A stretch of 64,000 bases of DNA from Anthoceros angustus (taxonomy: Eukaryota > Plantae > Anthocerotophyta), in the NCBI GenBank assembly GCA_010909165.1, contig MU008160.1, positions 868,001 to 932,000 of the forward strand, given 5' to 3'. Positions within the stretch are counted from its first letter, which is position 1. Each line of letters opens with the position of its first letter. The position numbers and the translations under genes were made by a program. This document shows positions 40,901 through 51,698 of the stretch, one piece after another. The notes beneath the pieces were generated by a model. It saw nothing but the letters and a program-made list of their open reading frames with translations, searched no databases and was not told where the DNA came from.

Positions 40901-42174
40901 GCAGATGGATACGATAATAGGGAAGGTCCGCATTCGTCTGTCTACTCTCGAGAGCGACAGAGTGTACACCAATCTTTACCCTCTCCTGTTGCTCACACCA
41001 CAAGGTGTGAAGAAACACGGTGAGCTGGAGCTAGCAGTCCGATTTTCTGTTGTATCAGTTGTGAACATGATGCAGATTTACACGCAGCCACCTCTTCCTC
41101 GAATGCACTACTACCACCCTCTGGATCCGATCCAGATGGAATTTCTTCGCAGCTCTGCAATGAAGATGGTGGCATCAAGGCTCGCACGGTCAGAGCCTCC
41201 TCTGCGGCCAGAAGTTATCCAGTTCATGCTGGACACCGAGTCCAGCATGTGGAGCATGCGCCGCAGCAAGGCTAACTTCTACAGGATCATGGTAAGTCCT
41301 CTACTTGCCTGCTGACCGTGTCTGTTCAATCCATGGAGCTTGAACTGCCTTTCATCTCACCGCTGCAATGTACCTCTCTCTCTGCAGTCAGTGCTGTCCA
41401 GCGTCATCGCAGTCGGCAAATGGTTTGATGACATCAGCATGTGGAGGAACCCAATCACAACCGGTCTTGTACACGTCCTGTTCCTCATCTTGGTCTGGTA
41501 CCCGGAACTCCTATTGCCCACCATCTTCCTCTACATGTTTCTCATCGGAGTGTGGAACTACCGCTCCCGCCCTAGCTCCCCACCTTTCATGGACGCCAAG
41601 CTCTCTCAAGGCGATCAGGCGGGCGACCCGGACGAGCTGGAAGAGGAATTCAATCTTCTTCCAACATCCAAGACTCAGGAAGTAAGTAAAACAACAAAAT
41701 GTTCATCCTTCTCTCTTTCCTCTTCTCCTCCCCCCATGATTCACCAATGCTTCACCTCGTTACAGGTGCTCTTGGGAAGATACGATCGACTCCGGAATGT
41801 GTCTAGCCGCATCCAGAATGCCATGGGTGACCTAGCCACCCAGGGTGAAAGAATCCAGTCTCTTCTCAGCTGGAGAGATCCCAGGTTTGGATGCTGCCCT
41901 GACTTCCTCCCAACTTGATGAAGCTTTCAATACATCTGGGATCCAGCTGACAAAACCGATTTTCGTTGCTTTTTTTTGTATCAACAGGGCTACAGGAATC
42001 TTCATCCTCTTCTGCCTGATCGCGGCTGTGGTTCTCTATGTTACTCCGTTCAGAGTGGTGGCCGTGCTCCTTGGCATGTATGCAATGCGGCACCCAAGAT
42101 TCCGAGAGCCTTTGCCACCCGCGCCCTTGAACTTTTTCCGCAGGCTGCCATCTCTGTCGGACAGCATCCTGTAA
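37961..42174 (+). CDS. MCTP: Multiple C2-domain and transmembrane region protein (MCTP/FTIP1/QUIRKY family), ~14 exons
   Basis: C2A RLHVEVCNARGLMPKDGQGSSNPYV; YDLVEEMPFLFLRVVKA; KLWYLRVTVIEAQDL; GSTDAYCVAKYGQKWVRTRTI; WSMRRSKANFYRI; PRT_C region ending NFFRRLPSLSDSIL*; GT-AG introns traced. Confidence 0.95.
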
Positions 42175-42600
42175 CTGACAGTACCCGCCTCTGCGAGCTA
42201 ACCCGGACTAGTACACACTACCTTACCCGGACGAGTATACTACCTTACCCGGCATCATCAGCACACCCAGATCACTTGTGTGCCCCATTTTTCTTTTGTA
42301 CATGCCCATTTTCCTCGGGGTTCCACCGATGTATCCTGTTTCTAACATTATTTTGGCCTGATGCAGTAGGCTACCTGTAGGTACCTTGCCGTGAAGTACC
42401 CCAGCTTCCTGCACATTGTTTGGAATAGGGTACACCTAGAAATATGTCTCGCAAATATTTTTTTGGAAGCGGGCATAAAATTTTAATTAATTACGTACGC
42501 GATTCGCTTGGTTCTATGGTTAGCATGACAATTGTCAGAAGTTATGGAAATTTTTATACAATATGCCCTTATGGGAATGGGAAGATGTAAGGAGAGAGTG

Positions 42601-42730
42601 GGAAGAACCCTTGAAGGATCCTAGGCCAAGGGGGCCACCTCCGGGGAAGAACTCATGAAGGACCCTAGGCCAAGGAGGCCACCTCGAGGGAAGAACCCAT
42701 GAAGGACCCTAGGCCAAGGGGGCCAACTCC
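42601..42730. repeat. 44-bp tandem x3 in the CRE 3' UTR
   Basis: ggaagaacc..tgaagga.cctaggccaagg.ggccacct units start at 42601, 42645 and 42689. Confidence 0.9.
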
Positions 42731-42900
42731 TGCATTTAATGTTGTCCTGAAAATTGCCGCAAGAAAGCAACCACACAACAAAGGGGGAGACCTATCCCAT
42801 TCTTACGGGTCTAGTAGGCCTTAGCTCAACCCTTAATAAACTTTGGAAAATCCTTGCCCATGGCCCTATGAGTCTCGGTAGCAAGAGGAATGAAGTAGCA

Positions 42901-43140
42901 AGAGGAATGAACACATGGCCTTCCTGCATGGGGGTGTACTTGTGAGCCTTGGCTGTCGTGCATCCCTCCGCCACCCAGCCAGAGGAATGAACACATGGCC
43001 TTCCTGCATGGGGGTGTACTTGTGAGCCTTGGCTGTCGTGCATCCCTCCGCCACCCAGCCAGAGGAATGAACACATGGCCTTCCTGCATGGGGGTGTACT
43101 TGTGAGCCTTGGCTGTCGTGCATCCCTCCGCCACCCAGCC
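42901..43140. repeat. 80-bp perfect tandem x3 at the CRE internal-deletion junction
   Basis: agaggaatgaacacatggccttcctgcatgggggtgtacttgtgagccttggctgtcgtgcatccctccgccacccagcc occurs three times identically. Confidence 0.97.
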
Positions 43141-44344
43141 TGGAGGCTTGATGATGACATGCTTGGAGAAGGCGCCCCACATGATGCGCGAAGCAGGAAG
43201 AGAGGATACCAAATGCCACCTATGGGTCCCCTATTATAGAGAGGTCGCCAATGTGAGCCAAATCCTCCTTTAGAACAGCATCCACATAATCTTGAATAAA
43301 GTCCGGAGGCCCCACCGAGACCCCTGAAACGCGTAGTCCCCGCAAAAAGCAATATCCCCATTGGGATAATGAAGAGATGGCGTAATTCCTGACGGAGACC
43401 AAATCTTGAACTTCAGAATCTTGACATTCAAATCGAGGCGGGAGAGCTCCAGGGAGAATATTTCGTAAGCTTCCTTGACCTTGTCCCCCGGCCCTATGAT
43501 ATGTATGAGTGTCATCTAACACTAACGGAAAGAGACCTTTCCACAACGAGGAGGTAGCTGTGGACAGAGCCCTGAAGTGCGTCATGGCAAAGAGGGCACC
43601 CCCCATGAGATCCCTTTTCCTAGTGCCTGTCGTCGAGTCAAGCATGACGACCCCATCCAATGAGGGACCCTGCTGATAGTAAATGTTAGATAGGGAACTA
43701 TAAAAAGAACGGACAAAAAGGATACGACTTGCCAGCTGCCCGCCCACATTTTTTAGCTCGTTCAAAATGGCCGTTTTGGAGATGGTATTGAGGCATTCTC
43801 CACATCAGCCTGCAGGGTACCCCAGTCCGGATGTGACTCAAGAACTGCTTCGACGCTTAAGGCCACCGACTGACAACCCCTTTCCCCCCTCTCTCCTCCC
43901 CATATTGATGAAGACCAAGATGAGCTCGGAACTACTACCGGAGCTGGAGGGCGCTGCTAAGGCTTACAAGCCATAAAATGCCTCCCCCATGGCTTTAGGG
44001 CGCACCCCCGAAGTAGGCTTCTTTATAGCCAATAACCTACTAGTCCCCAACACGTGGAAAATTCGATGGGGGGTCTCCTCTCTTTTGCCACAGCTGCCAC
44101 CGGTTTAAAAAGCTCAAAAAAACCACTAAGAGGATCCTCAGGAGTAAAATAGTCTCGGAGGTGGTAAAAAACTGTTCCCGACAAACCACCCAAGGAAAGT
44201 CGCGAGGCGGTGGTTAGAGCCTGGCGAAAACCGCCCTGTCCAGACAAAACTGCTCTTCCACTACAAACTTTGAGATATCCTGTGAAATAGGGACACATGG
44301 ATCCGAATGAAGGGTATGAAGAGCAGCGATGGTCTCCTCCAAGG

Positions 44345-45781
44345 CTAGCACATAATGGGGATGGACTTGGACATAACGGTTGGCCAAGCCGCCATGGGGT
44401 GTCCAGGTGCATTCACAGGGAAGTGCGGCAGCTTGTCAATCTTGATGACTTGCTGGGCATGCCCTCCCAATGCTAGCACGTCCTTCATAGCATGATCAGG
44501 TCGCTTGGTGAACGACCTTGCACACTTCAAATGTTCCAAGGGAGCAAGGTTAGTCCACATGGACCTCAACCTATGAGCCCTCGAACCAAATTGAGCTGCA
44601 TCCAATAGTAGCTCCTGACCCAACACTCCTCGGATCGTGCCAAAGTCCTCATGGACTTGCTTCTTTACGCTCATGCATGCTGACACATTCTTCAACATGT
44701 ATCCACAAGGCCTTTCTTGCCCTTTCTGGATCAAGCACAAGATCCTCATCAGGTCATAGAACAATGTTGTTCGTGGATCCTTCACACCCTGATCCTTGCC
44801 TGCAGAGGATAATCCTTGACACTCCCAACCTGCGATGACAAGGTCCACCGGTTGCCCAAGACAAGTCAAATGGGACAACCCAATCATGCGAACATCCATC
44901 GGCAGTGCCTTCTGGTAACCCTTCACTGACTCCCACGTCAGGAGGTTAGGGTATTCCCCCATCAAGTCCTTCACGCGCTTCTGTGACACAATACTTGCTT
45001 TTGGATTCAGATCACAATGCACGTATCTTCGTACTTTGATGCCACACTTCAGCATTGCTTCCAAACCGGTACTAATGCCTCCAAAGAGTTCCATCAGCAC
45101 TATGCCGTCTTCGTGAGGTCGCCATGTGATCACCTGGGTGTTTAGATCACAAACAGGCTCAACCCTAGGCAAGAACTTACAGCAGTTCTCCGGCTCATAG
45201 GACACTGGTCCTTTTGCACGGCTCATTGTTGCAATCACCAGCTCCGTCCGGCTGACTTGAAGAACCTCCTCTGAGGGTGGTTGCAACTCTAGCTTGTCTT
45301 CCTCCTCCTCGTCGAAATCCTCCATCAGGTCAGCTGCGGTTGTTAGACACACCCCAAGAGGTTCAAGCACGTATGGCGTGTCCGTCACCACGGTGCCAAA
45401 CACTGGGTAGACGCTATTGGCAATGAGGTTTCTCATGATCCTTGCCATGCAGCTACAAAGGGATGCGGGCAATTCATTCATCGGTTTTGCTCCAGCTTCT
45501 CCAGCCTGGTCGATAGTAGACTGTCTCCATCCACAAATCCACCATGACTCCATGTTTGTACAAAGCGTCCGCTCCCAACAAGACATTAAATGTGTCTGCA
45601 TCAATAACCAAGCAGTGTACCTCGACAAAGGTGAAGTTAGCTTGTTGGTTTCAATCACAACAACGACAGGTTTGTTGGTTTCAATCGCAACAACGACAGG
45701 TTTGTTGGTTTCAATCACAACAATGACAGGTTTGTTGATCTCCACTCCGATGTATTGTGTTGGGGGCACTTGCCTATACAA
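44345..45781 (-). pseudogene. Second gypsy-derived protease-tail plus C5 DNA methyltransferase (DNMT3-like) fragment; open frame, lacks motifs IX-X
   Basis: GIVLMELFGGISTGLEAMLKCGIKVRRY (I); PVDLVIAGWECQGLSSAG (IV); YMLKNVS (VI, E>K); DAAQFGSRAHRLRSMWTNLAP (VIII); upstream alternate frame CLVIDADTFNVLLG..YRPGW is the protease tail; intronless. Confidence 0.88.
45642..45740. repeat. 30-bp tandem x3 inside the protease remnant
   Basis: ttgttggtttcaatc(a/g)caacaa(c/t)gacaggt units give KPV.VVIETN repeats on the minus strand. Confidence 0.92.
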
Positions 45782-46260
45782 TGACTACATAAGAAAATTG
45801 GCTCCCCCTGTTTTTGATCCCCAAGCTCACTCTTGAAGGAAAGAAATGGGGTGTCCTTTGACAATCCATCTTGTGCCAATTGGGTCAACAATTTCAAATG
45901 ATGTAGGTAATTTCGGGCATGTGATACCTCGTTAGAAGTAGAATCCTCAGTGCAACCTTTTTCTGCAATTTAAGTCATGATTTTGAACCCAAAAAGGTCT
46001 TAAATTAAGTTTCGATGAGTTTCTTTCAAGAAAATAGCACAGAAGGGACCGTCGTTGAGGAGTCAAAGCTTTGGGGCTGATGTTCAATCCAACGGGATAG
46101 GCGGCAGGCATGTGGTTGGCGTGCACATAAAAGTGGAAAGAAACAAAGGATCGTCGCCGGATTCACAAAACGCGAGAGGATAGCGTGCAGCCAAAGGCCT
46201 CACATGGCTAGTGTACTAAGCGTGTGCAGACGGAATTTGGGTGATTACATTTGACGTGCG

Positions 46261-48819
46261 TCAGTGCCGATCCCCACAAGAGCACGCACCATTCAGAAAA
46301 CGATGTACTCGGTGTACATCTCTTACTATGATTTCTCGATGCTCCACATGTGACATAATCTTGGTGCTGCTGTGGCAGTCATGGCACATGCGCAGGTTTT
46401 TTGTCACTAGCAGAGTTGTACCATCTGGAGTGTTGAGCAGACCATATGCCAGAGCCAGTTTCTCGGCATGTCCACACAAAGCGTCTTCCTTCTCCTGCGC
46501 AGAGGCTCCCTTCAGGACCAACCATGTTTCCGGAACATGGCCGCCCAATTTCAACTTCGTACTCACATCCCTCAGCATCGATGCAACATCAGACCTCTCT
46601 TCACCCACTGTGAACTCATGCACCCTGTTCTTCACCTCGATGCAAGCCTTGGCTGGTTTCTTTCTAGCACCTGCCCCCTTTCTAAGGCTTTCTATGTGAT
46701 CTAACTCCTCCCACCTGGCAGCATTTGCATACATGCTACCTAAGAGAACGTACGGTGTTGCTACTTCAGGTTCTATTTCTACAAGGCGTTGGAAGCATCG
46801 CTCTGCACGTTCCACATCACCGTAGCTTTTGCAGGCACTTAGCAGGGACGTCCACCCAACCACATAACAATCCAGTGGCATGGTCAGCAGAATATCTTCT
46901 GCCTCATCCAAACAGCCTGCGCGCCCAAGAAGATCAACCATGCAGCTGTAGTGATGATCATCGGGGACAATGCTGTAGTCATCCACCATCATCCGGAAAT
47001 ATTGCAGGCCTTCAAGGACGAGCCCTGCATGACTACATGCCACGAGAAGACTACTGAAGGTAGTCCCATTAGGCTCCACGTCTTGCTGAAGCATCTCTCT
47101 GAAACACTGGAATGCCATGTGGCCATCACTGTGCTCAGCATAGCCATTGAGCAGAGCGCTCCATGCGACCACATCCCTGATGGGCAAGGCATCAAAGACG
47201 GACCGTGCATCTTCCAACCTTCCACATTTTGCATACATGTCCACCAGGCAGTTGCCCACCAGCACATCTGTTTCCAGTCCTCTTTCACGGATCTGAGCAT
47301 GAAGCTGCATTCCCTGCTGCACAGCGCCGACAGTGGCACATGCTTGAAGGAGAGAGAGAAATGTGACACGATTAGGTGAAGTGATGCCCTCCTGCAGCAT
47401 ACTCTCGTAAAGACACAGGGCTTCTTCAGCCATTCCCTGCTGTGCAAACCCTGCAATCATGGCAGTCCACGCCACCACATCTTTGGTGGACAATCCGTCA
47501 AAAACTCTGCGAGCATCCTCTACACTCCCCCATTTAGAATACAAGTCTATCAAGCAGCTCCCAACTACAAGATCACCTTCCAGTCTCCTCTTCTGAATCA
47601 ACTCATGAAGCTGCTTCCCCTCCTGTAAAGCCCCGGCACTTGCACACGCTTTCAGGAGACACACAAATGTGGCTTGGTCAGCTGGAGCAATGCCCTCCTG
47701 CAGCATCCTCGAATACAGAGCCAGAGCTTCCCGACCCATCCCCTGCTGTGTATACCCTGTGATGATGGCATTCCATGTCACTGAATCCCTAGTTTCCAAA
47801 CCGTCAAACACTTCACGAGCATCGTCCAAGCTCCCGCATTTTGCATACATGTTCACCAGGCTGTTACCAACGAAGACATTGGGCCGCACACCACTGGTCA
47901 CAATATCCGCATGCACCTGCTTGCCTGAAACCAAATCCGCTGCATTGGCACAAGCCTTAAGAACTGCCACAAATATATGGTTGTCAGGCTCCACACCCGA
48001 TTCTCGCATCTGCAGGTAAAATCTGATAGCTTCAGCTGGCTTTCCCTGTCGAGCAAAAGCCAAGATCATGGACGACCACATGTAAGCATCTGGAACAGGC
48101 ACCTTGCCGAACACTTGCACAGCTTCCTCCAATTCCCCGTGGCAAGCGTACATACAGATGATATGGTTGGCCAGGAATGCGCTAGACTCGTACCCACTTC
48201 TAACAGCCAGAGCATGCACCCGCTTCCCTACACCCACATCCCTCAAAGCCCCGCATTTTTTCAAAACCAGCCTGAAAACAGACAGGCTTACAGAACATCC
48301 TCTCTGCACCAAGAGCTCCAACACGTCAACAGCCTCGCCCATCGACCCATTCTCGCAGTGCCTGCTCAAGGTCTCAACCATGCTAGATGTGAATTTGGAC
48401 AACTCAACATCCCTCCTGGCCAGCTCCTCATCAACCCACTCAGGCTTATACAAATTGTTGAGCCACAGTGCCTGCTTCGAGGTCTTGTGCCTGAAGTCAG
48501 GATACTGTGGGCTCTTGACATCCGCCCTGTAGTCCCACCACTGCCAGGGATCTGAGAAGAAGTCTTGCCACAAGACCTCCTGCCGCTCCTTCTGCCCCTG
48601 CCCAGCCTCTGCTGCTCCCCGAGCCACTGAGGACGTTCCTGCTATTGCCCCCAACTGGCACATGCGGTTGCCAACATATCTACCATCCACAAACCAGGCT
48701 TGGCTGGCGGACAACATACTGGGCTGTTGCAGAAACGTACATCCTTGAAGCTTCATAACCACAACACGCGTCTCTGGAAATCGCAGATTACACGTACACA
48801 TCTCATGTGGAATAGCCAT
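46261..48819 (-). CDS. Intact intronless PLS-PPR editing factor: PDF-like motif + PLS array + E1/E2 + DYW:KP ending DRH (putative U-to-C)
   Basis: First ATG at 48819 (the ORF track starts at TTG 48843). WQDFFSDPWQWWDYR...YPDFRHK...ALWL; 14 PPR motifs; RKKPAKACIEV; HAEKLALA; NLRMCHDCH; CSCGDRH*. Confidence 0.95.
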   Translation of the reverse strand: MAIPHEMCTCNLRFPETRVVVMKLQGCTFLQQPSMLSASQAWFVDGRYVGNRMCQLGAIAGTSSVARGAAEAGQGQKERQEVLWQDFFSDPWQWWDYRADVKSPQYPDFRHKTSKQALWLNNLYKPEWVDEELARRDVELSKFTSSMVETLSRHCENGSMGEAVDVLELLVQRGCSVSLSVFRLVLKKCGALRDVGVGKRVHALAVRSGYESSAFLANHIICMYACHGELEEAVQVFGKVPVPDAYMWSSMILAFARQGKPAEAIRFYLQMRESGVEPDNHIFVAVLKACANAADLVSGKQVHADIVTSGVRPNVFVGNSLVNMYAKCGSLDDAREVFDGLETRDSVTWNAIITGYTQQGMGREALALYSRMLQEGIAPADQATFVCLLKACASAGALQEGKQLHELIQKRRLEGDLVVGSCLIDLYSKWGSVEDARRVFDGLSTKDVVAWTAMIAGFAQQGMAEEALCLYESMLQEGITSPNRVTFLSLLQACATVGAVQQGMQLHAQIRERGLETDVLVGNCLVDMYAKCGRLEDARSVFDALPIRDVVAWSALLNGYAEHSDGHMAFQCFREMLQQDVEPNGTTFSSLLVACSHAGLVLEGLQYFRMMVDDYSIVPDDHHYSCMVDLLGRAGCLDEAEDILLTMPLDCYVVGWTSLLSACKSYGDVERAERCFQRLVEIEPEVATPYVLLGSMYANAARWEELDHIESLRKGAGARKKPAKACIEVKNRVHEFTVGEERSDVASMLRDVSTKLKLGGHVPETWLVLKGASAQEKEDALCGHAEKLALAYGLLNTPDGTTLLVTKNLRMCHDCHSSTKIMSHVEHREIIVRDVHRVHRFLNGACSCGDRH

Positions 48820-48979
48820 GGAAACCCAACCCGGGTCGAACAAGACAAGAAGAGATGTCGTCGCCCTTCTCCATCTCCTGGTTCCTCGTTTTCTGAGCTG
48901 CTTTCGCCTTGCAAGAGATCTCCTTTACATGAACTCCTCAGCGTTTAAAAGAACCGGATCCACTTCATAAGTAGTCGCT

Positions 48980-49087
48980 CAACTTAGATGGCCCTTGTAT
49001 GCGGGGTGTTCTAAAATATTTCCCCCTTTTGTCCAACTTAGATGGCCCGTGTATGCGGGATGCTCTAAAATATTTCCCCCTTTGTCC
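48980..49087. repeat. 54-bp tandem x2 upstream of the DRH PPR gene
   Basis: caacttagatggccc.tgtatgcggg.tg.tctaaaatatttccccctttt occurs twice. Confidence 0.9.
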
Positions 49088-49689
49088 TACGGGACCTACG
49101 GGAAGTCGTTTTCGATCCCCTTGGTTATTGTGGATTTTTTATGTTATTAAAACAATGGAAAGTCGCCACTCCGGCGCGCACGGCCGCGGGCCGCGGACGG
49201 GAAGCGGAAGAAATGGCTAACACGGAGCCTGGGCGCGATTGTCCCGCTCGGTGTGGTGCGGACCGACACGCTCTGCAAAACCAACGGCCTTGGAGCACGC
49301 AGTTTGGGGCCAGGCGTCTGGGTTACCCAAGCAAGGTCGGGGCGTCTGGCTGTGCCAGATTGCTGTGGTACCAAAGAATGCATGTCTTGGGTTTTCTCTT
49401 CTTCTTCTTCTTTTTTTTCTTTTTTTTTCCTTTTCTTTTTTTAATTTTATTTAATTCTTCGTTTTGTCCTTTATTTTTTTCTTTCTTTCTTTGTTTCCTT
49501 TTTTATGGGACCCTCTTCCTCCACTTCCCTCAGGGACACTCTTTGTCGTGTGAGTGGGAATTTGTTTAAGCCCAGGGGGTGAGTACCCCAGGATTCACAA
49601 GGATTTAGACAAGACTAGTTAGGAACATTATCAGGCACAGGTCAGGCTTGCATCATCCAATGCTGCTATCCCCTTGACACCGCGTCAGG

Positions 49690-50067
49690 CTGCCCCCCTT
49701 GAGCCCCATCGGAATCTTGGCAATGGTTGCGGGTGCGGTCCGATCACCTTCTGGCTCTGTATGAGACACGTTTCCCAGGACCTCGTCTTTTTTGGCGTCT
49801 CCTATGGCGACTGCATGAAGACGTTCGCCTTGCCTACCAGCTTCCCTAGGAGCGCCTCGCGCAAGACCCTAGGGATGAGGCGGCTTGGACTTTGTTTTTC
49901 TTTCTTCCTCGATGGTTCTTTCATTGCCCAGGGGTGGTCCTTGGGGTAATAGGGAGGTAGCCTTCCATCTCCGGAGCGTCAGGGCGGGGGACGAGGAGGC
50001 CCTGCAAGAGGAGGGTGTGTTTGCAGCGAGATCTCGGTTGGAGTCGGCTAAGCGGGATGTCATGCCG
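49690..50067 (+). mobile_element. CRE-like LINE fragment (region N-terminal to RT), cut off at an LTR-like start
   Basis: Across frames: RLHEDVRLAYQLP*ERLAQDPRDEAAWTLFFFLPRWF..RGG..GNREVAFHLRSVRAGDEEALQEE, resembling the W..FL.LP.W.L..RGG..G.RE..R..F..GD motif upstream of plant CRE RTs (recalled, not searched). Confidence 0.5.
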
Positions 50068-50829
50068 TGTGATACTAATCTCTGCACTTGGGTTTAGTGT
50101 TTGATTAACATTAACTAATCTAATTATCTTTAAGTAAGTAATTAGTGTTAATTAATCTAAGGTGCTTATGTTAATTAAGTATTGATTAGGGTTAATTAAA
50201 CATTATTAGCAATAGCTAAGTAGATAAGCTCAAGTTATATGCTTTAGCATATTCCTTGCATATTACAATGCATTCTTAGGATATTTCCGGCATATGATGA
50301 TGCCAATAGGATATCTTAGGAATATGCCATGCTGGTATATATACAACCCTTCATCGAGAAGCTCGGATCATAGCTTATCCTTTAGATATGCAATGCAAGG
50401 GTGTTGTGAGGAGGCCAAAGATATGACTCCGAGAGTGATGTGTGAGAAATTTGCGGGTTGTTCTCGTGGGGAGAGTGTGTTTGTGCCATGTAATGCTATT
50501 CTCCTCTTGTTAAGCTATGATCTCGTGTGTACGCTATAAAGCGTGCTATTGATGGCTTGAAAGCTTAGTGTGTTAGGCGATGCTAGGCCGTGCTAGGCTT
50601 AGTGTGCTGCTAGGCGACATTAGGCAATGCTAGCTCTTTAAGTAAGTAGGCAAGGGACCCTCTAAAGTGTGCCCAAAGCCCAAGTCCAAGGAGAGGAGGA
50701 GAAGAAGCCCAAGTCCAAGGAGAGGAGGAGAAGAAACCCAAAGTCCAAGGAGAGGAACGAGACCTGCACAAGGGGGTTTGGCATTTTAAGGCCAACCAAC
50801 CAAGGGATAAACAAGAGTATTTTACTCTT

Positions 50830-51698
50830 GGGTGCCAGATTTCAAGGGATAAGGGAGGAGTGGATAAGCATGGAGGACAAGGGAGAAGTGGATGGGCATG
50901 GGTATGTCATCAGTCCATTTGATTCAACTTTATCTTCAAAACTATTCAAGGGATAAGGGAGGAGTGGATAGGCTTGGGGGATAAGGGAAGAGTGGATAGA
51001 CATGGGGATAAGGAAGGAGTGAATAGGCATAGATATGTCATCAATCCATTTGGCTCAACTTTCTCTTCAAAAATCTTCAAGGGATAAGGGAGGAGTGGAT
51101 AGGCATGGGGGATAAGGGAGGAGTGAATAGGCATAGATATGTTATCAATCCATTTGATTCACCTTTCTCTTCAAATCTCTTCAAGGAATAAGGGAGGAGT
51201 GGATAGGCATGGGTGATAAGGGAAGAGTGGATAGACATGGGGATAAGGGAGGAGTGAATAGGCATAGGTATGTCATCAATCCATTTGATTCAACTTTGTC
51301 TTCAAAACTCTTCAAGGGATACCGAAGGAGTGGATGCGCTTGGGGATAAGGGAGTGAATAGGCATAGGTATGTTATGAATCCATTTGATCCACCTTTCTC
51401 TTCAAAACTCTCCAAAGAATAAGGAAGGAGTGGATAGGTGTGGGGGATAAGGGAGGATGAATAGGCATGGGTATGTCATCAATCCATTTGATTCAACTTT
51501 CTCTTCAAGGGATAAGGGAGGAGTGGATAGGCTTGGGGGATAAGGGAAGAGTGGATATGCATGGGTATGTCATCAATCCATTTAATTCAACTTTCTCTTC
51601 AAGGGATAAGGGAGGAGTGGATAGGCTTGGGGGATAAGGGAAGAGTGGATATGCATGGGTATGTCATCAATCCATTTGATTCAACTTTCTCTTCAAAA
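50830..51698. repeat. Modular purine-rich tandem array (variable ~95-130 bp units)
   Basis: Modules aagggataagggaggagtggatagg..ggggg and atgtcatcaatccatttgattcaactttctcttcaa repeat several times. Confidence 0.9.

Larger units (their letters stand above)
42560..44372 (-). mobile_element. CRE-like non-LTR retrotransposon, 5'-truncated and internally deleted
   Basis: EETIAALHTLH; QALTTASRLSLGGLSG.VF.HLRDYFTPEDPLSGF; RT motifs STTGTRKRDLMGGALFAMTHFRAL and LVLDDTH; FIPLATETHRAMGKDFPKFIK homologous to 13480-13560; 3' UTR resembles 13800-13860. Confidence 0.82.

Noticed and set aside
44345-45781. Host DNMT3/DRM/CMT gene
   Set aside because: Intronless, lacks motifs IX-X, is preceded by a retroviral-type protease tail, and shares the GWEC signature with the copy inside the gypsy element.
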